Below are positions 55,824 through 64,000 of a stretch of DNA of 64,000 bases, in pieces. Where the stretch lies: assembly GCF_000142905.1 (NCBI RefSeq), contig NW_013657671.1:480373-544372 (forward strand). The letters run 5' to 3'. A program made the position numbers and the translations under genes. Positions within the stretch are counted from its first letter, which is position 1, and the number at the start of each line of letters is the position of its first letter. Below the pieces are notes generated by a model that was not told where the DNA came from, ran no database searches, and was given only the letters and a program-made list of their open reading frames with translations. Source of the stretch: Thecamonas trahens ATCC 50062. Taxonomy: Eukaryota > Protista > Apusomonadida.

Positions 55824-56978
55824 TCACACGCCCATGTTTTCGAGTGCAGCAGCGACGTGCGGCGCGCCGGGACTGGCCGCGCCGCGAGCGAGCGCCTCGT
55901 CGTACGCGTAGTGCATGAGGTGCTGGGCAACGACCGGGCCGACGTCGGCACCGGCGCCAGCGTCGAGGGCGTCGGCGAGAGCTCGCGGCGTGAGCCCGCT
56001 GGTAGACTTGAGGCGTGCCGCGCCGCTGGCGGCGACGCCACCACCGGCGAGGGCTTCAAAGACCTCAAGCGGTAACCCGTAGAGGACCGCGAGGTGAAGC
56101 GGAGTGAACATTCGCAGAGTGTCCTGGGCGGCAAGCAGCTCAGCCGGGGCCGACGACGCGGCGAGGAGCGCGGATATGGCGCGGGTGTTGGCGCCTAGAA
56201 CGGCAACGTGCAGCGGGGTGAGGCCGGCGGTGATTCGCGCCGCCAGGAGCTTGTCGACAGTCGCCGTACTTGCTGACGCCGGCAGCGCCGCTTCCAGCGT
56301 CGAGAGCAGGCCGCAGATATCGACGTACGAGAGCTTAGCGGCGACATGGAGAAGCGTCGCGTCGTTACCCTGGCATCCGCGGCACGGATCCGCGCCGTAC
56401 TTTGTCAGTAGCAGCTCCATCATGGCCCACCGACCGTGTAGCATGGCCGAGAACATCGGCGTGAGACCATCGGGAGCGAGGCTGGCGTCGGCCGCAGCGC
56501 CGTACTCGTCGACTAGCAGAGCCACAGCTTCGACGTGCCCGGCCATAGCGGCGTAGTGGACCAGGCCCAGGCCAGCGCTGTCAACCACCGCATCTACATG
56601 GACTCGGCCGGCGTCATCGAACTCGACGTGCAACAGCTGGTCGTCGTCATAAGCGCGAATGAGCGCCTCCTCGGCAGCCTCGACCGACGTTTCCCCCGCG
56701 CCAGAGACATCCATCTTTTTTCCACGGCAGGCATCTTTTTCGCCATCTTCATCTCTCTTGGCTTGCATTCCCTTCGCGCCGCCTCGAGACAGCGCGGCGA
56801 GCGGACTTGGCGCGTGCGGCGAGCAATGGTCAGCAAGGACGGCGGCGAGTTCTGCAAGACCGCGTGACTTGGATTGGGCAAGTCGGAGTGCCTTCTCCCC
56901 CCACCCGTTCCGCATGGCTTCGGCATGCGCTTGCGCCGCACTCGGTTGCTCTCCCCATTTGGAAAAGGTCTCTCCCAT
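55824..56978 (-). CDS. Ankyrin-repeat protein
   Basis: GLGLVHYAA..GHVEAVALL, GLTPMFSAM, TLLHVAA, GLTPLHVAV, FTPLHLAV. Confidence 0.85.
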   Translation of the reverse strand: MGETFSKWGEQPSAAQAHAEAMRNGWGEKALRLAQSKSRGLAELAAVLADHCSPHAPSPLAALSRGGAKGMQAKRDEDGEKDACRGKKMDVSGAGETSVEAAEEALIRAYDDDQLLHVEFDDAGRVHVDAVVDSAGLGLVHYAAMAGHVEAVALLVDEYGAAADASLAPDGLTPMFSAMLHGRWAMMELLLTKYGADPCRGCQGNDATLLHVAAKLSYVDICGLLSTLEAALPASASTATVDKLLAARITAGLTPLHVAVLGANTRAISALLAASSAPAELLAAQDTLRMFTPLHLAVLYGLPLEVFEALAGGGVAASGAARLKSTSGLTPRALADALDAGAGADVGPVVAQHLMHYAYDEALARGAASPGAPHVAAALENMGV

Positions 56979-57802
56979 GGCGGTCGGCGAGCGAGGTGTG
57001 GTGCGGTTTGATCAAGAGCATGAGCATGATCATGCTCGTGATCGCGATCGTGATCACCTTCGGTTCGGTGTGGGTCGCGCGGGGAAGGGCATGAGATGGA
57101 CAGAATGATGGTGTGATGGCTGGGAAAAGTAGACAAGTGGGTGGAGACAATTGATATCTGTAGTGTGGGAAGGTGTGGGCGGTCGTGGGCAGGAGGAGCG
57201 GTGCGTGATGGAGGCGGAGAACAGCAAGTTGGAGTTGCAAAAAGGAATGTGTGATCACGAATAAAAGTAGCCGTGGTTGGTACTCGGGCGTCGACCCGGA
57301 AGGGGGGGTGGCGTAGTTGAAGACAATCAGAGAAAGTTGTTTATCAGTGTTTGGGTTATATGCCACCTGTTGTGATGATGATGTAGCAAGTCGATCTCTG
57401 CTCTTGTGTGCCGTGATCGGCGTGATGTCATGCTGTGTCTGCATACTGGTGTCCAAGCGCCATCAGCCGCCGCGCGCCAAGCCATCGTATCAATCCCGTG
57501 ATCATCGACCGGCATTACCAGCACTAACCCCCTTCCTCCCCCTTGCCCTCCCCCCCCCCCCCCCGTGCATGCGCTCATCGCTCTCTCGGTCTGGGGGGGC
57601 AAGTTGTTTGGGTGCTTGTTGCTGATGGTGGCCCTCCTGCTCGGCCGGACGCTTCAACTTGACTGGTCTCCGCGAGAGGCGAGCTCACACTCGACGACCA
57701 CGTACCCTCCGTGCCATAGGCACAAGCACAACACTCCCACCACTACCGGCCACCCGACTCTACGGCGAGTATTGCTGAGAACAGCTGGGCGGGAAAGAGA
57801 GC

Positions 57803-57925
57803 ATGGACGGAGCTCGGAGTCGGCTTGCGGCGGTGCTTGCAGGCGATGTGAGCGGAGAGGCAGCATGGTATGGGCATGACGTGGGCGTATGGGGTGGGTT
57901 GTGGGATGTGGATGTTCGTGTACTA

Positions 57926-57973
<48 letters not shown>

Positions 57974-58260
57974 GTGGTGTTACTGATGACGATGATGGTG
58001 GTAGGCGGGCTGTGTGTCGCGGATGGAAGACGTTCTTGTGGGGGACGGGCAAGTCCGGGGTTGGGACGGGCGGCAGACGGGGAGGCAGAAGAGGAGAGAG
58101 TCAATGCGGTGACGCGGCGGCAAGGGGAATTCCTTTGATGGTGACAATGCAAATGGCTGAACAGTTGAGGGCTCTTGGCTACAAAGATGACCACATCAAG
58201 TCGATGCTGCCCAAGCACGCCATGGCCATTCTCGACAAGGCAGGGTCCGGAGGGGGATGA
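57803..58260 (+). CDS. Small spliced hypothetical protein; exons 57803..57867 and 58005..58260
   Basis: GTATGG...TAG intron with TACTAAT and TACTGAT branch-like motifs and matching phase; protein-like C-terminus IPLMVTMQMAEQLRALGYKDDHIKSMLPKHAMAIL. Confidence 0.55.
57928..57972. repeat. (GAT)15 microsatellite inside the predicted intron 57868..58004
   Basis: Directly visible in the sequence. Confidence 0.95.
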
Positions 58261-58340
58261 CGGCGGGTGGTGGGTAACAGGTTGTAGCACACAACGGCAG
58301 CGGCGGCAGATGCACGGCTGCGGCGGGTGGTAGTCGGTGT

Positions 58341-59143
58341 TCACAGGTTCGACGACGACATAGCGCGCGAGTCCGAGCCGATGCCCGAGTCTGCGGCCGA
58401 GTCCGAGGCGAGGAGCGGCATTTGAGCCTCGGCCATGCGGCGGTCGACGGTCTCAAGGAGGAGAATAACAGCAAGGCGGCGGGTGTGAGCCTTGTAGGTG
58501 GCCCAGAACAGACCGATGTCGATGATAATCGAGCCGACAAACTGGAGGATGATGGTGGTGCGGACGGTGTCGAGGTTGCCCCAGCAGCCCTCGTTGTGGT
58601 GGTCGTGATCGCGGTCGACGGCCCGCTGGCAGTGAATGAAGATCATGAGCATGCGGCAGAGTGTGAAGATCGAGGACACAGGCATGGCGAGGCCGGCGAG
58701 GACCTTGGCCTTCCAAAGCCGCGAGTACCGTGCCTCCCACGAGCCAAAGTTGGAGGCGAGCCAGACGAGCAACCCGGTGCCGATGGCCACCAAGTACACA
58801 ATGACGTCGATGAGGAAGATCGAGACTGCAAATGCGCTCGTTAGATGAATCTTGCCCAAACTCGGCATTTGCAGCAGGCCGATAATGGCCACCAGAGCAC
58901 CGATCTATGCAAAAACTGGAGTGAGTATGGTGTGCGGGTCAGCAGTCGTTCCAGTCGGCTCGGCTCCACCACCTTGTTCGCTCACCGCCCCGCTCACCGC
59001 CAGCCCCCGCCGGCATCGCGCCCTCATGCACCTACCGCCACGATTACAGTCGCGACAAGCGAGTGAATCTCATGTGCTGACGGAGCGTAGTCTTCATATG
59101 CCCACGAACGACTGTCAGTTGCCGACAACGAGCTCGACGACAT
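58341..59143 (-). CDS. Small multi-pass (4-5 TM) membrane protein; exons 59143..59036 and 58904..58341
   Basis: Phase-0 intron from GTAGGT (59035) to TTTTTGCATAG (58905) joins two halves of a TM helix (SLVATVIVA-IGALVAIIGLL). Further TM segments follow, with a Cys pair in one loop. Confidence 0.65.
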
Positions 59144-59829
59144 GGGTGTGTGTCCTTGAGCGAGCGTCAAGTGTAGCAACGTGAGCACTCCCTGTGTCGT
59201 CGACAATATCGGTTAATTTGTTCTGTGTGTGTGAGGTCGATAGACAAACGCACCTTATCTGTCACGCTTCTAAGCCGCAGCTGTGGGGGGAAGAACTGAC
59301 TGCTGGTGCCTGGTTTGGCTGACGTTTGAGGTGCGGATGATGGGTAGCATGTCCAAACAGATGCGGAGGGGTCTTGGGTTGTGTTTGGGAAAAATGCAGC
59401 TGTGCGATACTGTTCACATACCACCGGGGTGGAACGTATCCACGGGAGAGCAAACGGATGACAGCGAAGATGATTGGTCAAAGGCAGTCAAAGCGGATGT
59501 CCCGTCCTCGCTGTGCCGCACATGACGAGCATACTCAGATGATGTCCGGAGTCCAGGAGACATTATCAACAGGTAGCGACGGAGTTGCTTGCTGCTCGTG
59601 CTAGTAAGACCATCAAGTGTCCATTAGTCCCCTAGTTAGCGCCCAACTTTCGCGTGTTGGCTGGATAGTTGGGTTGCAAGCGGCTGAGCAAGTGCGGGAA
59701 AGCGGGGCTTTGTTCGAACTTGTGCGGTCATCGTGACTCTATTGTCACCAAATTATTCTTCGATGCAACAAACTTCGACACGTCTCTCCCGCACGCCGCA
59801 GACAAGTCGGATACCCAAAGCACATCAGC

Positions 59830-62800
59830 ATGGCGGTCTACCAAGTCCTGACAACCATGGCAATGGTATGCATGCTTGCACACCTAGCGCGCGGCGACGG
59901 CACGACCCAACTCGGTACTACGCAGGCGCTTCAAGCGTCGACTGTTCTCTACCTTGACATTGATAACATTGCCAACCAGCGCATTTACTTTCAGGGCACG
60001 GGTCAACTCCGGATCTACCGCCCTGGAGACTTTGCCCAAGTGGGGACCATTCTTTCCGGCCAATTGTACACTCCGACAATGACGGGTGTGTATGGTGCGC
60101 TCCTTACGCTGGACCAGACGTACGGAGCGGTCTGGGACATCTCCGTGTATGACACGTCGACATCGTCGATTGATGCCGGACGAGTTTTTTCGTTCTCGTG
60201 GAACCTCGCCTCAAACTCGTTCTCTCAGAGCGACGCGGTCGACGTCTCCATCTGGTCACTCTTCTCGACGTCGCTTGGCGCCAAGCTTGTGGAGAACCGA
60301 TTCGAAGGCATGGCGGGCTTCATCTACCAGATCGCCGCGTCGACGACCGGCATCGAGACGGCGACACCAAAATACAAGTCTGTTCTGCAGTCCGGCAACT
60401 CGGTCACGCCCAACATCCGCCTCTACCTTTCCAAGCCGGAGCACGTCACGCTCTCATCGTCCGTGCCCAACATTGTGTTTGAAGGTGTGGAGTTTGTCAC
60501 GCTCGGCTGCTTCGACTTTATCTCTGACTGCAACACCGTGGTCGCAGACAAGGTCCATCCTCGGTTCAAGTTCAACACCGATGCTGCCGGCGGGCGATAT
60601 ACTCTTGTCTGCGATACCAACAGTGACGGCGCCCTCGACCTTGTCCGCCAGACCGATACTTCCCTGCGTGGCACAACCGTGGCGGGCGACAACATTGTCG
60701 AGTGGGATGGTCGCGATGACAACAACGCCCTCGTCACCGCGGGCTTTTACACCTGCAAGATGTTTGTCTATCTCGATGAGATCCACTTCCCGCTGGTCGA
60801 CATGGAGACGGTGTACCCCGGCCTGCGGATGTTTGATCACTCAAGTGGCACGCCTCGCCCGCAGATCATGTACTGGAACGATGATGGAGTCAACGCGCCG
60901 ATCGCGATGCCCAACGGGCAGTTCGGCGCGACGTACTCGGGATGCTGCGGCATCGACTCGGGAGTATCGACCGATCCGATTTCTCCCAACGTCAATGCAC
61001 GATCCTGGGGCAACTTTGTCTCGGGCTCCAAGGGTGATACCGCCATCCTCAACACCTTTTCGCTTGTCGAGGTCACTGTCTCGGAGGCCATCAACATCTC
61101 GGTGGCACAGCCGTCACAGTGCGAGACTGCGACGGTGAATCTCATCGACTACGTCCTGACGGAGCTTGACTCGGGCACCACCGTTGTCGAGGTCAAGCTT
61201 GCCGTCTCATCGTACCTCGCTGGCGACATCACGCTGGCCTACACGACGGCCGACGGTACGGCGACAGCTGGCTCGGGCGACTACGTCGCCACCTCAGGCT
61301 CCATCGTCATCAGCTCGGGCGACTTTTGTAACTCGCTCTCGGTCACCATCAATGGTGACGACATTGTCGAGTACGACGAGTGGTTCTTCCTCGACGTGAC
61401 CCAGACAGCAGGCCCTACGGTGATCATCGCTGACGGACGAGCGAACGTCACCATCCTCAACGACGACACACCGGTCACCATCTCGATGACCAACAGCGCT
61501 ACCTCAGTCACCGAGCCCTCGAGCGGATCGGCCAATGCCGGACTTACGTTTACCCTCTCGGCGCCCTCGACAGCGCCGGTTACGGTCTACCTCGCGACGA
61601 CAGCCCCTGGCGGATCGCTCGTGACGAGCGGAACCGACTTTACTCCCCCGCCGGCGTCGATTGTTATCCCGGCCGGCGTCACAACGTTTACTTACGACAT
61701 TCCCGTGGCCGCAGACAGGTTCTGGGACGACGGTGAGCAGTTTACCGTCTCCATCGCCGGCACCTCGGTCGAAGGTGCCGTGGGCGGACAGACATCGACA
61801 ACGTTCACCATCAACGACAGCGGCCCTGCCCCTGTGGTCACGGCGTCGGTCGTCTCCGGCAACGTGGCGTCGAGCACCGGCGACGGCACGGCATCCCTCT
61901 CCTCAACTCTCCCGGGTGACGGACGAGTCGGCGAGTCCAACGAGGTTGTGTACCAGCTGACACTCTCGCGTCCGTCCGAGTACGCCGCCGGACTCACGCT
62001 TAATGTCGACGGGCCGGCAACAACCGCCACGCTTCCTGGCGATGCGGACTTGGTCGGCACCATCGATCGAACGGGCGGACCGTTCACGATCGCTGCCGGC
62101 GAGACCTCCTTTAACGTCTCACTAGTGGTGGCTGGCGATGGCGATGCAGAGGCGGATGAAGTTGTCGACTTTGATGCGGTGGTCAACCTTAACGGTGCGA
62201 GCAACCCGACGACGACCGCGACCATCTTGACCAACATCCCCAACGACGATGTGGCGGTGGTGCAGATGGCGGCGCCGACGGCAGCGACAACAGAGCCGGG
62301 CTCTGGCACGGTCAACGTGCCCATCACAGTCAACTTGCTCGCTACTTCGCCATCGCCTGTCACGATCAACATCCAGACGTCTGTCTCATCCGGTTCACTC
62401 GCGACTGGCGGGGCTGACTTTACGGCCGAGTCAACAACTGTTGTCGTTCCTCCAGGCCAGATGTCCGTGGTGTACAACGCAGTTGTGGCTGCGGATACAT
62501 GGTACGACGGCGGCGAGACGTTCGACGTCAAGATTACCGGAGCAGACAACGGCTTTGCCGTCGGCGCGGCTGACACGACGGTCGTGACGATTGCTGACTC
62601 GGGACCGGCGCCGGTGCTGACCGCGACGGTGGTCGGCGGAACGACGACCGCTGTGTCGGGCGACGGGACGGATGTTATTGATGTGACCGGTCCCGAGGGC
62701 GCGGCGTCGACGACCAACGAGCTTGTGGTCGAGCTTGCGCTGTCGCGGCCATCCGAGTACGCGGCTGGACTCACGGTTCAGGTCGATGGTGTGACGTCGA

Positions 62801-64000
62801 CGGCTGATGTGCCGTCCGATGCGACGATTGTTGACACTGTGGCGCGGACGGGAAGCCCGATGACGATCCCGGCGCTTGCGACGACACACCAGGTGTCTGT
62901 TGTGGTGTCGGGCGACGGGGTGCTCGAGCCGACCGAGGTGCTCGACCTTGGCCTTATCGCCAACTACGGCGGCGCGGAACTGGCGGCTGACGTGGTCAGC
63001 GTGACCGCGACGATCACCAACGATGACGCGGCGGTGGTGACGATGGCGGCCGGGACGGCTGCAGCGACCGAGCCCGGATCGGGGACGGTCAACGTGCCGA
63101 TCACGGTGACGATGGACACGACGGNNNNNNNNNNNNNNNNNNNNNNNNNNNNNNNNNNNNNNNNNNNNNNNNNNNNNNNNNNNNNNNNNNNNNNNNNNNN
63201 NNNNNNNNNNNNNNNNNNNNNNNNCGTGACCCAGACAGCAGGCCCTACGGTGATCATCGCAGGGGACGAGCGAACATCACCATCCTCAACGACGACACAC
63301 CGCCCACCATCTCGATGACCAACAGCGCTACCTCAGTCACCGAGCCCTCGAGCGGATCGGCCAATGCCGGACTTACGTTTACCCTCTCGGCGCCCTCGAC
63401 AGCGCCGGTTACGGTCTACCTCGCGACGACAGCCCCTGGCGGATCGCTCGTGACGAGCGGAACCGACTTTACTCCCCCGCCGGCGTCGATTGTTATCCCG
63501 GCCGGCGTCACAACGTTCACTTACGACATTCCTGTGGCCGCAGACGGGTTCTGGGATGACGGTGAGCAGTTTACCGTCTCCATCGCCGGCACCTCGGTCG
63601 AAGGTGCCGTGGGCGGACAGACATCGACAACGTTCACCATCAACGACAGCGGCCCTCGCCCCTCGTGGTCACGGCGTCGGTCGTCTCCGGCAACGTGGCG
63701 TCGAGCACCGGCGACGGCACGGCATCTCTCTCCTCAACTCTCCCGGGTGACGGACGAGTCGGCGAGTCCAACGAGGTTGTGTACCAGCTGACACTCTCGC
63801 GTCCGTCCGAGTACGCCGCCGGACTCACGCTCAATGTCGACGGGCCGGCAACAACCGCCACGCTTCCTGGCGATGCGGACTTGGTCGGCACCATCGATCG
63901 AGCGGGCGGACCGTTCACGATCGCTGCCGGCGAGATCTTCTTTAACGTCTCACTAGTGGTGGCTGGCGATGGCGATGCAGAGGCGGATGAAGTTGTCGAC
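59830..64000 (+). CDS. Giant secreted/surface protein: signal peptide, FlgD-Ig-like N-terminal region, tandem Calx-beta repeats; 3'-partial, interrupted by a gap
   Basis: Hydrophobic leader ending ARG-D; YTTADGTATAGSGDY, INGDDIVEYDEWF and TILNDD are Calx-beta motifs; the internal repeats continue past the gap. Confidence 0.8.
63225..64000 (+). repeat. Near-identical intragenic duplicate of 61395..62169
   Basis: Direct comparison shows few substitutions plus small indels near 63262 and 63655-63665. It follows a 100-N gap (63125..63224). Confidence 0.9.

Noticed and set aside
33792-56134. Long antisense or alternate-frame ORFs (33792..35411 -, 44181..45458 -, 45980..47728 +, 49407..51482 -, 54095..56134 -)
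   Set aside because: They shadow well-supported genes, lack motifs, and are expected from GC-rich codon bias.

Overview
GC-rich, gene-dense, intron-poor eukaryotic DNA from a draft assembly with three N gaps. Composition and gene content fit an apusomonad-like protist such as Thecamonas, but this is inference only. About 23 protein-coding genes can be supported, in order: EF-hand protein (partial), WDFY3/ALFY-like BEACH-WD40-FYVE, MFS transporter, NME6-like NDP kinase, TALE homeobox factor, TPI, acyl-CoA oxidase, catalytically dead M1 aminopeptidase, CNG-type channel, EED/ESC, ABCF2, a RING-Bbox-Bbox-coiled-coil-LRR-PP2C fusion, an orphan coiled-coil protein, mitochondrial-type AlaRS, a myristoylated LRR protein, an Arf-like pseudo-GTPase candidate, a full-size ABCD4-like transporter, WS/DGAT, an ankyrin protein, two small spliced genes and a giant Calx-beta repeat surface protein (partial). 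Five GT-AG introns were reconstructed by hand. The most notable item is the TRIM-type E3 ligase module fused to a PHLPP-like LRR-PP2C phosphatase, whose RING is complete only after splicing. Also notable are five genes each broken by a single missing base (probably homopolymer errors), introns with very long AG-free zones, several apparent pseudo-enzymes, and convergent genes only 25-30 nt apart. No rRNA, tRNA, CRISPR array or transposon could be supported.
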